From an uncultured Negativicutes bacterium (GTDB lineage: Bacteria > Bacillota > Negativicutes > JBAXTZ01): 64,000 bases of DNA. The first letter of the stretch is position 1. The number at the start of each line of letters is the position of its first letter. The notes below the pieces were generated by a model, which ran no database searches, was not told the DNA's origin, and worked only from the letters and a program-made list of their open reading frames with translations. The DNA lies in the NCBI GenBank assembly GCA_963721525.1, contig CAVRJL010000006.1, positions 29,877-93,876 on the forward strand. Direction: 5' to 3'. Of the stretch, positions 29,126 to 40,130 are shown in pieces. A program made the translations under genes and the position numbers.

Positions 29126-29804
29126 TTAGTTCGTCTATTTTGAATAAAATTTTAGATAAAAAATTGCTGCGTATGCAAATTATATGTTAGGGAAGATATA
29201 ATTTATTTTATTATTACTAAATGGTTGCGTTTTTATAGCTCATGACATAAAATGCTGATTTGTCTTCATTATAAGTTTTGTAATTTAATTATCATTATTT
29301 TATATTTTCGGTCGAAAACATGATCTTCGTTCTAAATATAGGAAAATATTGAAATTAGTATGAAGCTTATCAGTAAAACTATCCTTATTAACTATCCCTA
29401 CTACTGTAAATAACAGATTAGAGTGTAATTTGTTTATACAGTTAAGTAATTATTAAGATTTACGGCTCATTAATGCCCACTTTTTTAAAATTACAAGTTA
29501 TAAATCTACTAATTATAGATCTACTAATTTTACATGAAGAACATTTTATTTGGCTAGTTGAATGAAAATATGGAGAATCATTACTCATAAAATAAGGATT
29601 AGACATATAAGCATTAAATAAAGTCGGCTAGAAAAAAAGTAGAAGCAACTTAATGTAAACGATATATAGTATACGATGGTTTAGTTTAATCAACTATTGA
29701 GTATGTTAAAAAAATATAAATATCTCTAAGTAGGTATATAGTAGATTAAATAATAATTGTAGTTTTTTATTTACTTTGTCGTCGAGAAATACATAGGGAT
29801 ACAC

Positions 29805-31091
29805 TTGAAAAGAAAGATAGGTGTAAATAATTTGATAAATAATTTTCATTTTTCGCAAAAATTAAATAAACTACATAGACAAGCAATAAAAATAAGTAAT
29901 GAAAAGACACAAGAATTTTTTCATAATTCTACAATAAATACTGGCAAGGTTTTACAAGCTTTTCGCAACCAACGCGTAAGTGAAAGTGATTTTAAAACTA
30001 CTACTGGGTATGGATATAATGATTATGGGCGTGATAAACTTGACAAAATATGGGCTGAAATTTGTAAAGCAGAAGCTGCAATTTATAGAACACAATTTGT
30101 CTCAGGTACGCATGCCTTATCAACAGTATTATACGGCATATTAAGACCAGGAGATGAGTTAGTATCCCTTACTGGTACTCCTTATGATACTATTTTAAAG
30201 GTAATAGGAGTAGACTCAACAATTGGGTCTTTATTAGAATTTAGTATTAAATATAATGAAGTGAATTGTATTTTAGAAAAAAGTTTAGATCTGAATATAA
30301 TAAAAAAAGAATTAAAAAATAGAAAAATTAAAATGGTATTCGTTCAACGTTCAAGAGGATATTCATCTAGAAGAAGTTTATCTATTTCTGAAATTGAAAA
30401 AATTTGTCTTACAGTAAAAAAAATATCACCTGATACCATAATATTTGTTGATAATTGTTATGGCGAATTTACTGAAGAGAAGGAGCCTATAGAGATAGGA
30501 GCAGATATTATCGCTGGTTCTTTATTAAAAAATCCTGGAGGTGGTCTTGTAAATTGCGGTGGATATATTTCAGGGAAAAAACATTTAGTAGATCTGGCTG
30601 CAAATCGTTTAACCGCCCCAGGATTAGGCTCACATGTAGGAGCATCTCTATTCGACAATAAATATATGTATCAAGGATTATTTATGGCTCCACATAGTGT
30701 TTTTCAAGCTTTAAGAAGCATATGCTATGCAGCAGCTCTATTTAATCTAGCTGAATTTCATACTAACCCTTGGTATAATGAACGCCGTTGCGACATCATT
30801 CAATCAATAGCACTAAAAACAGCTAAAAATGTTAAGGCATTTTGTAAAGGTTTGCAAAAATATTCTCCTGTAGATTCTTTTGTTATTCCTGAACCATGGG
30901 ATATTCCTGGATATTGTGATAAGATAATTATGGCAGCAGGTACTTTTGTACAAGGATCTTCAATTGAAATAAGTGCAGATGCACCTATGAAAAGTCCGTA
31001 TATACTATTTTTACAAGGAGGAATAATCTTTGAACATAGCATTATTGCTATTTTGGGAGCATTAGAAGAAATTATCAACTTGAATAGGTAA
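29805..31091 (+). CDS. Methionine gamma-lyase family / aluminium-resistance protein (YnbB-like, PLP-dependent)
   Basis: TTGYGYND.GRD, FVSGTHA, LRPGD, QRSRGY, FVDNCYGEF, AGSLLKNPGGG, MAAGTFVQGSSIE.SAD. Confidence 0.9.
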   Translation: MKRKIGVNNLINNFHFSQKLNKLHRQAIKISNEKTQEFFHNSTINTGKVLQAFRNQRVSESDFKTTTGYGYNDYGRDKLDKIWAEICKAEAAIYRTQFVSGTHALSTVLYGILRPGDELVSLTGTPYDTILKVIGVDSTIGSLLEFSIKYNEVNCILEKSLDLNIIKKELKNRKIKMVFVQRSRGYSSRRSLSISEIEKICLTVKKISPDTIIFVDNCYGEFTEEKEPIEIGADIIAGSLLKNPGGGLVNCGGYISGKKHLVDLAANRLTAPGLGSHVGASLFDNKYMYQGLFMAPHSVFQALRSICYAAALFNLAEFHTNPWYNERRCDIIQSIALKTAKNVKAFCKGLQKYSPVDSFVIPEPWDIPGYCDKIIMAAGTFVQGSSIEISADAPMKSPYILFLQGGIIFEHSIIAILGALEEIINLNR

Positions 31092-31215
31092 AATATAATA
31101 TAATAAATTTTCTTAAAATCTCTTAGAAAAACTTTCTAAAAGTATAATTAATATTTTCTATAGAGTTTTTATTTTAATGTTATAATGCTCAAAGAAAGCG
31201 GGTATTTAATAAATT

Positions 31216-33249
31216 ATGTTATTAAATAACAAAATATGGCAATTTAATAAGGCTAATACAAAACAAATTGAAAGCTTAAAAAAAATAACAGGATTTAGAT
31301 ATGAAATTTGTCAAATTTTATTTAATAGAGGGTATAAAGATATTTCAGCAGTAAATAAATTTATAAAATGTTCTTTAAAGGATTTACACGATCCTTTCGA
31401 GTTATATGATATGCATAAAGTAGTAACACGTATTATTAAAGCGATTAATAATACAGAAAAAATAGTTATTTATGGGGATTATGATGCGGATGGTATAACA
31501 GCCACAGTTTTATTAGTTAAAATATTACGCTTTTTTGATGCACAAGTTGACTTCTATATTCCGGATAGACAAAGTGAAGGATATGGATTAAACATTTATG
31601 CTTTAAATTTTGTTGAAGATGTAATGAAAGCAAAACTTATAATAACTGTAGATTGTGGAATAAGTGCTTCAGAAGAGTTAAAAAAGTGGAAGAAAAATAT
31701 TGATGTAATTATAACTGATCATCATAAACCTCCTGAAATTTTACCAAAAAGCTTTGCAATTATTAATCCAAAAATTATTAGTTGTACTTCTAAATTTAAA
31801 CATTTGTCAGGTGTAGGAATAGCATTAAAGTTAGCTCAAGGTATTTGCTCGTATTATAATTCGCATCAATGGAAAAAATTTTTGGACATAACCGCAATTG
31901 GAACAGTAGCAGATATGGCTCCGTTAGTAGATGAGAATAGAATAATTGTAAAATATGGCTTAAAGCAAATGAAAAAAACTAGTAATCTTGGAATAAAAGC
32001 ATTGTTGAAAGTATGTTCATTATCTAATAAAAAAGAATATGATACAAAAGATATTGGATATTATCTAGCTCCAAGAATAAATGTAGCAGGAAGATTAAAA
32101 CATGCAAAATTAGCAATGGAGTTGCTTTTATCGGATAATTATAAACAAGCTCTATTAATAGCAAAAGATTTAAATGATATTAATAAGGAAAGAAAAAATT
32201 ATGAACAAAATATTTTTGAAAATGCTATAGAAAAAATAGAAAAAAGTGATATAAAAAACGATAAAGTAATTGTTTTAGCTAGTAATTGGCATCAAGGAAT
32301 ATTGGGAATAGTAGCATCGAGGCTTGTTGAAAAATATAATAAAACTGTAATATTAATTAGTATAAATAATAATATCGGTAAAGGTTCTTGTAGAAGTATA
32401 AAAAATTTTAATATTTTTACTGCGCTCACTCGTTGTAAAAATATAATTTTGAAATATGGAGGACATGAATATGCTGCAGGATTAACTATAGATTGTGCTA
32501 AAATAGATGAATTACGTGTTAAATTAAATAAAATTGCTTCATTGGAATTATCTGATGTTGATTATATTCCGACATATAATATTGATTGTATTTTAGAAGC
32601 TGGTAATATAGATTGCGATTTTTTAAAAGAATTAAAGATGCTCGAACCTTTTGGCGAAAAAAATTCTAAACCTATTTTTGTAACTAGAAATTTAGATTTG
32701 AAAAATAAGGAAACATTGAAATACGTAGGTAAAAATAAAGCACATTTACAGATAAATTTTAAAATAAAAAATAATAATTTTTATTGTATTTATTGGAATG
32801 TACAAAAAAAATATTTATTAAAATATACCTCATCTATTTCGTGTGCTTATATATTAGAATACTTAGAGTGGAATAATATAAAGCGACCTAAATTGATAAT
32901 TTATGACTTAATAATAGAAGAGCAACTTCTGGCACGTAATGAGCTTATTTTAATATATTCTATGTTAAGAAATATTGCTGGAGGAAAGAAGGAAATCTCT
33001 TTTAATAAAAACGAACTTATAAAAATCGGTAGTAGTGAAAATATAAATCTAAGTTATCTTGGCATAATGATAGGATTAACAATTTTTGAGCAAATAGGAT
33101 TAATAAAAATCAATAAAATAGAAAGGGAATGTCAAATAATATTTTCTAATACAAATACAAATAAAAAATTTAATCTTTCAAATTCAATCTTATACAAAAT
33201 TATAAAAAAACAAAAAGAATTATTCACTTGTGTAGATAATATATTTTAA
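31216..33249 (+). CDS. recJ: Single-stranded-DNA exonuclease RecJ
   Basis: YGDYDADG, EGYGLN, ITVDCG, ITDHH, GTVAD, PRIN.AGR, GSCRS, GGH..AAG, LEPFG..N. Confidence 0.95.
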   Translation: MLLNNKIWQFNKANTKQIESLKKITGFRYEICQILFNRGYKDISAVNKFIKCSLKDLHDPFELYDMHKVVTRIIKAINNTEKIVIYGDYDADGITATVLLVKILRFFDAQVDFYIPDRQSEGYGLNIYALNFVEDVMKAKLIITVDCGISASEELKKWKKNIDVIITDHHKPPEILPKSFAIINPKIISCTSKFKHLSGVGIALKLAQGICSYYNSHQWKKFLDITAIGTVADMAPLVDENRIIVKYGLKQMKKTSNLGIKALLKVCSLSNKKEYDTKDIGYYLAPRINVAGRLKHAKLAMELLLSDNYKQALLIAKDLNDINKERKNYEQNIFENAIEKIEKSDIKNDKVIVLASNWHQGILGIVASRLVEKYNKTVILISINNNIGKGSCRSIKNFNIFTALTRCKNIILKYGGHEYAAGLTIDCAKIDELRVKLNKIASLELSDVDYIPTYNIDCILEAGNIDCDFLKELKMLEPFGEKNSKPIFVTRNLDLKNKETLKYVGKNKAHLQINFKIKNNNFYCIYWNVQKKYLLKYTSSISCAYILEYLEWNNIKRPKLIIYDLIIEEQLLARNELILIYSMLRNIAGGKKEISFNKNELIKIGSSENINLSYLGIMIGLTIFEQIGLIKINKIERECQIIFSNTNTNKKFNLSNSILYKIIKKQKELFTCVDNIF

Positions 33250-33289
33250 ATAATATGTTTAATAAAATTTTTGGAGCTTAAAAATTTTC

Positions 33290-33802
33290 ATGAACCTTAA
33301 AAATAAAATACGAAAAATCCCTAATTTCCCTAGAAAAGGTATTGAATTTTTAGATATTACAACACTGTTGAAAAATTCACAAGCTTTTAAATTTTCTATA
33401 AATTCGATCAAAAAAAAATATAGAAGACAAAAAATAGATATTATAGCTGCTCCCGAAGCAAGAGGTTTTATGGTAGGAGCTCCTATAGCTTACGCGCTAA
33501 ATGCCGGATTTGTTCCTGTCCGCAAAAGAGGGAAATTGCCTTTTGAAGTATTTTTTGAAGTATATCAGTTAGAATATGGTCTAGATAGCTTAGAAATTCA
33601 TAAAGATGCTATTTTGCCTGGGCAACGTGTTTTAATTATAGATGATTTATTAGCTACAGGCGGAACAATCAAAGCAGTTGCCAATTTGATAAAAAAGTTG
33701 GGAGCAGAAGTAGTAGGAGCAGCTTTTTTAATTGAGCTTAAATATTTAAATGGACGAGAAACACTAAAAAAATTTGAAATTTTTTCCTTGCTAAAATATT
33801 AA
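33290..33802 (+). CDS. apt: Adenine phosphoribosyltransferase
   Basis: FP..GI.F.DITTLL, EARGF, RKRGKLP, Y.LEYG, IIDDLLATGGT. Confidence 0.97.
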   Translation: MNLKNKIRKIPNFPRKGIEFLDITTLLKNSQAFKFSINSIKKKYRRQKIDIIAAPEARGFMVGAPIAYALNAGFVPVRKRGKLPFEVFFEVYQLEYGLDSLEIHKDAILPGQRVLIIDDLLATGGTIKAVANLIKKLGAEVVGAAFLIELKYLNGRETLKKFEIFSLLKY

Positions 33803-33811
33803 AAAACTTAA

Positions 33812-36058
33812 TTGGCGGATATTATGTGTACTCCACAAATTACATTTAATGATATTGAAAAACAAATTTCTACTTATCAAGCTAACGCAGATATATCAAA
33901 GTTAAAAAAATCATATATATTAGCTTTAAATGTTCACGACGGACAATTTCGTCAATCAGGTGAACCTTATATTATTCATCCTCTTAATGTAGCAAAAATA
34001 TTGTCTGCTATGCAATTGGATTTGGATTGCATAATTGCAGGTTTTTTACATGACATAGTCGAAGATGGCAATTATAGCCTAAGTTCTATAGAGATAGAAT
34101 TTGGTAGCAATATTGCAAAAATTGTTGATGGTGTTACAAAACTTGGAAAAATAACTTACAAGTCAAAAGAAGAGTTAAAATTAGAAAACTATGTAAAAAT
34201 GTTTCTAGCAATGGCTAAAGATATTCGTGTGATTTTTGTAAAATTAGCAGATAGATTGCATAATATGAGAACCTTAAAAAATTGTTCGCGAGAAAAACAA
34301 ATAAGAATAGCACAAGAAACGATAGATATATTTTCTCCATTAGCCCACAGATTAGGTATTTTTATGTTGAAATGGGAATTAGAAGATTTGTCTTTTCGTT
34401 ATCTTGAACCAGAAAAATTTTATAATCTTGTAAAGCAAGTAAAAGTAAAACGTAGCTATAGAGTACAAGATCTTAGAGAGGCAGCAAAAATATTACAAAA
34501 AACGTTGAGCGAAAATAATATAAAAGCCGAAATCCAATGGAGACCAAAGCACTTATGGAGCATTTATAAAAAAATGTTGAGAGATAAAAAAGATATTGAA
34601 GAAATATTTGATTTATCTGCTATCCGTGTGTTAGTTAAAAGTATTAAGGATTGTTACGCTACACTGGGAGTGGTACATACTATTTGGAAACCATTACCAG
34701 GACGATTTAAAGATTATATATCTATGCCTAAATCTAACGGATACCAGAGTCTGCATACAATAGTTATAGGAGCAGGGTTAGCTCCTTTAGAAATTCAAAT
34801 CAGAACTCCTAAAATGCATCATATGTCAGAATATGGAGTTGCTGCTCATTGGCGTTATAAAGAAGGAAAAGGGAGTACAAGTTTTAAAAAAAATGATGAG
34901 AAATTTTCGTGGTTGAGACAGCTTTTAGAATGGAGAAGTGAAATTAAAGATCCTCGTGAATTTGTTGAATCAGTTAAATTAGATATTTTTTCTGATGAAA
35001 TTTTTGTATTTACTCCGCAAGGAGATGTTATTACTTTACCTGCTGGATCAACTACGCTTGATTTCGCTTATCGTATTCATACGGATATAGGGCATAAATG
35101 CGTAGGAGCGAAAATTAATGAAAAAATAGTTCCTCTAGAAACAAAGGTATCTACAGGTAATATTGTTGAAGCCATTACAAGCAAAAATAGTATAGGCCCT
35201 AGTCTTGATTGGCTAAAAATTGTAGCCTGTACGATTACTAAACATAAAATAAAACAATGGTTTAAAAAAGAAAAGCGTGAGGAAAATATTGAGAGAGGGC
35301 GAAACTTAATAGAAAAAGAATTGAAAAAACTAAAATATGATCTAAAAGAAATGTTAAAAAACGATTGGTTATTAGAAATTGGTTCACGCTTTAATTATAC
35401 AATTATAGAAGATTTATTTGCTGCAATAGGCTTTGGTGATGTTAACTTAAGCTATGTGTTATCAAAATTAATTGCTTATTATAAAAAAGAAAAGAAAATT
35501 AAAGAATGTATCAATGTAGAAAAAATTATACAAAATTTACAACCCATTAAAAAAAAGAAAAATTTAAGCGAAATATTAGTTAAAGGCGAAACTGGAATAA
35601 TGATAACATTAGCTAAATGTTGTGACCCTTTACCAGGGGATGATATTATAGGTTATATTACGAGAGGAAAAGGGATATCTACGCATAGGATAAATTGTAC
35701 TAATATTGGACCTAATAATATAGACCTAAGTAGACTAATAGAAGTTACTTGGGGAACTTCATTTGGTAATAATTATATAGTAAATATTAAAATAAGCGCT
35801 AATGATCGTGATGGATTGGTTATAGATATTATGAGTATTGCTAATGATAATAAAGTCAAAATTTTTGCCGTTAATACGCGAATAAACGAAGATAAATCAA
35901 TAAGTATATATATGAAAATAGAAGTAAATAATTTAACTAAACTAGAAACCATTATGGCAAAATTCAGAAAGATTGAAAATATTTACAATGTAAAAAGAAT
36001 AGAAATAAATACGAGGAGTCATTCCAACAAAAACACCTATAGAAATAGAAATAGTTAA
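33812..36058 (+). CDS. relA: Bifunctional (p)ppGpp synthetase/hydrolase Rel
   Basis: RQSGEPYIIHP, LHDIVED, KLADRLHNMRT, RFKDYI..PK.NGYQSLHT, EIQIRT, AAHWRYK; TGS and ACT domains. Confidence 0.97.
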   Translation: MADIMCTPQITFNDIEKQISTYQANADISKLKKSYILALNVHDGQFRQSGEPYIIHPLNVAKILSAMQLDLDCIIAGFLHDIVEDGNYSLSSIEIEFGSNIAKIVDGVTKLGKITYKSKEELKLENYVKMFLAMAKDIRVIFVKLADRLHNMRTLKNCSREKQIRIAQETIDIFSPLAHRLGIFMLKWELEDLSFRYLEPEKFYNLVKQVKVKRSYRVQDLREAAKILQKTLSENNIKAEIQWRPKHLWSIYKKMLRDKKDIEEIFDLSAIRVLVKSIKDCYATLGVVHTIWKPLPGRFKDYISMPKSNGYQSLHTIVIGAGLAPLEIQIRTPKMHHMSEYGVAAHWRYKEGKGSTSFKKNDEKFSWLRQLLEWRSEIKDPREFVESVKLDIFSDEIFVFTPQGDVITLPAGSTTLDFAYRIHTDIGHKCVGAKINEKIVPLETKVSTGNIVEAITSKNSIGPSLDWLKIVACTITKHKIKQWFKKEKREENIERGRNLIEKELKKLKYDLKEMLKNDWLLEIGSRFNYTIIEDLFAAIGFGDVNLSYVLSKLIAYYKKEKKIKECINVEKIIQNLQPIKKKKNLSEILVKGETGIMITLAKCCDPLPGDDIIGYITRGKGISTHRINCTNIGPNNIDLSRLIEVTWGTSFGNNYIVNIKISANDRDGLVIDIMSIANDNKVKIFAVNTRINEDKSISIYMKIEVNNLTKLETIMAKFRKIENIYNVKRIEINTRSHSNKNTYRNRNS

Positions 36059-36294
36059 AGATAATAGACTAAACTTATCGCTAAGGAACATAATTTGTCT
36101 TTCGCGGAAATAATTTAGTTAATTAGATATTTATTATTAATCTAAATAATTATTAATTATATAAAATCATATTCTTTTTATCACGTATTGTTTAGCAGGT
36201 CGTTGAATAGATTATGTATTTCATTGTATAGAAAGCCAAAATATTTTTCCTTCTGGTCTATAAGCTTTAAAATATACTAAGCTCACTTCAAGCT

Positions 36295-37731
36295 ATGAAA
36301 GGAGAAAAGAAGGATTTAATGGCTAATAATTTAATAGCAACTAATAAAAATAAATACAATAGTAAAGTCAAAAGATTTATGTTGCTTGTCGCTTTGGTGG
36401 CAGCTACTGGTGGTTTTTTATTTGGTTTTGATACTGGAGTAATTTCAGGAGCATTAATTTTTATTGATCATATGTTTCATCCTACTGTGTTACAAAAAAG
36501 TCTAATTGTTAGCTCTACAGTTTTAGGAGCATTTTTTGGTTCGATTTTTAGTGGCGGATTTGTTAACAAGTTAGGCCGAAAATTGACATTATTGTATTGT
36601 TCTATAACATTTATTATCGGTACACTACTTTGCGCATTCGCTACTAGTGTAAATATAATGATTATTGGTCGTTTTATTTTGGGAATAGCGATAGGTATTG
36701 CATCATATACTGTTCCTTTGTATATTGCCGAAATATCAACTCCAAATAAACGTGGTAAAATGATTATGTTCAATGGTGTTGCCATTACCGGAGCTCAAGC
36801 AGTGTCATTTTTATCAGATTATTATTTTTCCCACACTTATAACTGGAGGATGATGCTTGGTGTAGCAGTTGTTCCGGCTATCATTTTGCTTATCGGAACG
36901 TTATTTTTACCAGAGTCACCGCGGTGGTTAATATTGCGTAAACAAAAAAATCATGCACTTATCATCTTGAATAAAATCCGTAATATTGATTATATTGAAC
37001 AAGAAGTAAATGAAATTGAAGAAAGTTTTAAAATTAAGCAAGGCGGATTTAAAGAATTGCTTTCAAAAAAAATGAGGCCTATTCTAATAATAGGAATTGT
37101 GCTTGGCATAATGCAGCAATTTACTGGTATTAATACAATAATGTATTATGGACCTTATATTTTTGAAAAAATAGGATTTACCGGAGATAGTGCTCGGATA
37201 TTTGCGACATTTGGAATGGGGGTAGTGAATTGTATTGCATCTATTTTTGTTATGTTTACTGTCGATCGTTTGGGACGTAAAAAATTGATGATAATTGGTA
37301 TGATTATTGCTATGCTCAGCTTGTTTATTTTGAGTATAATAGTGCCTGCAATAAAATTTTTTAATAAAATCCTATCCATATTTTTGTTAGGTTCTTATAT
37401 TACTGGTTTTGCTATTAGTATTGGTTCGCTGTTTTGGGTAATTATATCAGAAATATATCCGCTTAAAATACGCAGCATAGGTATGAGCTTTGTAGGTGGG
37501 ATACAATGGTTTGCTAATTTTTTTATTTCGATGACATTTTTGCCAGTACTTGAGTTATTTGGTATTGGTATCAATTTCAGAATATATGCTTTGATGTGCT
37601 TATTTGTCATAATATTCACTAAATATTATGTCCCGGAAACTAAAGGAGTATCTTTGGAAACAATTGCAAAAATTTTAGAAAAGAACAACGTAAGATTGGA
37701 GACGAGTAACACACTAATGGAGGCAGAATAG
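36295..37731 (+). CDS. MFS sugar porter (H+ symporter, GalP/XylE/IolT-like); alternative start 36319
   Basis: GGFLFGFDTGVISGA, PLYIAEIS, PESPRWL, QQFTGINTIMYY, VDRLGRK, SEIYPLKIR, VPETKG.SLE. Confidence 0.93.
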   Translation: MKGEKKDLMANNLIATNKNKYNSKVKRFMLLVALVAATGGFLFGFDTGVISGALIFIDHMFHPTVLQKSLIVSSTVLGAFFGSIFSGGFVNKLGRKLTLLYCSITFIIGTLLCAFATSVNIMIIGRFILGIAIGIASYTVPLYIAEISTPNKRGKMIMFNGVAITGAQAVSFLSDYYFSHTYNWRMMLGVAVVPAIILLIGTLFLPESPRWLILRKQKNHALIILNKIRNIDYIEQEVNEIEESFKIKQGGFKELLSKKMRPILIIGIVLGIMQQFTGINTIMYYGPYIFEKIGFTGDSARIFATFGMGVVNCIASIFVMFTVDRLGRKKLMIIGMIIAMLSLFILSIIVPAIKFFNKILSIFLLGSYITGFAISIGSLFWVIISEIYPLKIRSIGMSFVGGIQWFANFFISMTFLPVLELFGIGINFRIYALMCLFVIIFTKYYVPETKGVSLETIAKILEKNNVRLETSNTLMEAE

Positions 37732-37772
37732 ATGGGAGAAAAACTATTTAAACTTAAAAAAATATTATTGTA

Positions 37773-38200
37773 ATGGAAGTGTTGTTTAAAATAATAATGA
37801 TAAATAACTATATTATATCCTCAATTGGAAGTGAGGATGTTAGAAGTATGTGCAATTGATGGGAAGAAGAGATTAAATATATAGCAGAAAAATAAACTAA
37901 GAATATTTTTTGATTATAATAATAAAGTAAATTCATCATTATAAATTATGTAAGATATAAATAGATAGTTGCTTGTTATTTTATAGTTTACGATCTATAG
38001 TGTTTGTCATTAGGAACGAAGACCAAATTTTATAGATGCTAATTATCCTGAAAGCGTTTTATATTTATATAACAAATTTATTATTTATTACTAAAACAAA
38101 AAAATCAAAATAATTTGTAGACAATATAATTTGTAGACAATTTTAAGCAGATATGAAAGTAGGGTTAGATGATGATGGGCTATTAATTTTGTGTCAATTT
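37773..38200 (+). pseudogene. dtd: D-aminoacyl-tRNA deacylase relic with multiple stops and indels
   Basis: Translated fragments in Dtd order: IISSIG, YIAEK, LRIFFDYNNKVNSSL, LLVIL*FTIYSVCH*ERRPNFIDA...LYNKF, F*ADMKVGLDDDG. Sits at the usual relA-dtd-MBL position. Confidence 0.75.
38110..38141. repeat. 16-bp exact tandem duplication inside the dtd relic
   Basis: ataatttgtagacaat x2. Confidence 0.85.
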
Positions 38201-38241
38201 GTGCTAAAGAGTAATATTAAATATTATTGAAAGAGGTAAAT

Positions 38242-38865
38242 ATGATGTATAATTTAAACATAATTACTGTTGGTTCTTTGCAAGTAAATTGCTGTTTGTT
38301 ATATTGCGTTCAAACAAAAGAAGCACTGATAATTGATCCTGGCGACGAATCTAGAAAAATAATAGATAAAATTGATAATTTAAAACTAGTTCCTAAATTA
38401 ATAGTGAACACTCACGGACATTATGATCATATAGGCGCCAATGATATTATTTCTGAAAAATACAAAATTCCTATAGCTATTCATAGTGAAGATTCTATAA
38501 TGTTAACTTCAGATTTAAATCAATCTTTATTATTTGGAATTAACTTTAAATGTAAAAAAGCAAATACCTTATTAAAAAATAATGATGAGATTGTAATAGG
38601 GAAAGCAAAAATAAGAGTGATACATACACCTGGACATACTCCAGGAGGGATATGTATATTGGCTGAAAATATGCTATTTAGCGGGGATACTTTATTTAAT
38701 AAGTCCGTAGGAAGAACCGATTTCCCCAGAGGCTCTTCCAAACAATTAATTAAAAACATTAAAGAAAAATTATTTTTATTACCTAATAAAACTGTGGTCT
38801 ATCCTGGACACGGGGAAAATACAACAATAGGTTACGAGAAAGAATATAATCCTTTCATTATATAA
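38242..38865 (+). CDS. MBL-fold metallo-hydrolase (glyoxalase II-like, YcbL type)
   Basis: THGHYDHIGA, HTPGHTPG, FSGDTLF, GRTDFP, PGHG; SD GAGG before ATG 38242. Confidence 0.92.
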   Translation: MMYNLNIITVGSLQVNCCLLYCVQTKEALIIDPGDESRKIIDKIDNLKLVPKLIVNTHGHYDHIGANDIISEKYKIPIAIHSEDSIMLTSDLNQSLLFGINFKCKKANTLLKNNDEIVIGKAKIRVIHTPGHTPGGICILAENMLFSGDTLFNKSVGRTDFPRGSSKQLIKNIKEKLFLLPNKTVVYPGHGENTTIGYEKEYNPFII

Positions 38866-38888
38866 ATTATATACAATGAGGAGAAAAT

Positions 38889-39944
38889 ATGAAAAATTCT
38901 TCCATTATAGATTTATTAAAAATATTAACTATCTTAGCTTTTTTTCTACTATTGAGTTTTACAACAAAAATCTGGCTACCTTTACTTGTATCGATATTGT
39001 TTACTTTTCTTTTTTTACCAGTAGTAAATTGGCTTGATGGGGAAGAAATATATAAAAAGAGATATAATGTGCCTAGAGTAGTTGCAATTAGTCTAACCTT
39101 TAGCTTAGGATTTATTATTTTTAGCTTATTAGTAATCTACACTATAAATCCGCTTGTCAAACAGACTATATTATTAATTGAAAATATTCCGATTTATATA
39201 GAAAAAGTTAAACAAAATTTAGACTTTGTTTTTGCTAAGTATAGTGGATTGCATTTACACCCTATGATACAAGAAAAAATTTCTACAATGGGGAATTATA
39301 TTGGAGCTACATTGTTTGATATTTTAGGAAAATTAATAAATCTATTTTTTTCTCTTACAACTAGTATAATTTCTTTATTATTAGTTCCGTTTTTGACATT
39401 TTATTTTTTAAAAGACGGCAAAAAAATAATTACTTTTATTGTTGAACTTTTTCCTAAAAAGATGCATTTTCAAATTAAAAATATTATTTCCCAGCTTGGT
39501 ATTGTGATAAAAAATTACATCCAAGGGCAAGCTCTAATAAGTATAATTATAGGTTTACTAGTATATGTAGGCACATGGTTTTTAGGGTTGCAATATCCTC
39601 TTGTCTTAGGAATAATATCCACTTTATTTGAAACAATTCCTTATATAGGCCCTATATGCAGCGCTGTTCCTGCTCTATTTCTTGGATATATGGTAAATTC
39701 TTTGTTAATGATAAAAGTTTTAATTTTCTATATTATTATTCATCAAATTGAATCAAATATAATTGTTCCACATGTCATGGGGAACACAATAAAAGTACAT
39801 CCAGGGGTATTAATGGTAGCGTTTCTAATTGGTGGAGAATTATATGGCATAATTGGAATGATGGCTGCTATGCCTACCGTAGCTTTAGTTCGAGTTCTAT
39901 TTAAAGAAGTTTGGTATGGTAAAGATAAAGTAAACCACGATTGA
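38889..39944 (+). CDS. AI-2E family transporter
   Basis: FYFLKDG, YIQGQ, IPYIGP, QIESNII.P.VMG, HP, GGEL.GI.GM..A.P. Confidence 0.9.
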   Translation: MKNSSIIDLLKILTILAFFLLLSFTTKIWLPLLVSILFTFLFLPVVNWLDGEEIYKKRYNVPRVVAISLTFSLGFIIFSLLVIYTINPLVKQTILLIENIPIYIEKVKQNLDFVFAKYSGLHLHPMIQEKISTMGNYIGATLFDILGKLINLFFSLTTSIISLLLVPFLTFYFLKDGKKIITFIVELFPKKMHFQIKNIISQLGIVIKNYIQGQALISIIIGLLVYVGTWFLGLQYPLVLGIISTLFETIPYIGPICSAVPALFLGYMVNSLLMIKVLIFYIIIHQIESNIIVPHVMGNTIKVHPGVLMVAFLIGGELYGIIGMMAAMPTVALVRVLFKEVWYGKDKVNHD

Positions 39945-40130
39945 GTCCATATAATTAGAAGAAGTTTTTCGAAAAGACCAATATTAAATGATTGTGTAAC
40001 ATAGTAAAATCATTGTTAGCGTATGGTTTATATAAAATTTTTAATGGATTATAATAAAATTATTATTAGTGTTAAGAATGATTTTTTCAATGATTATCAA
40101 AAAAAGCTGTCTTTTAGGAGAGAATAAATT

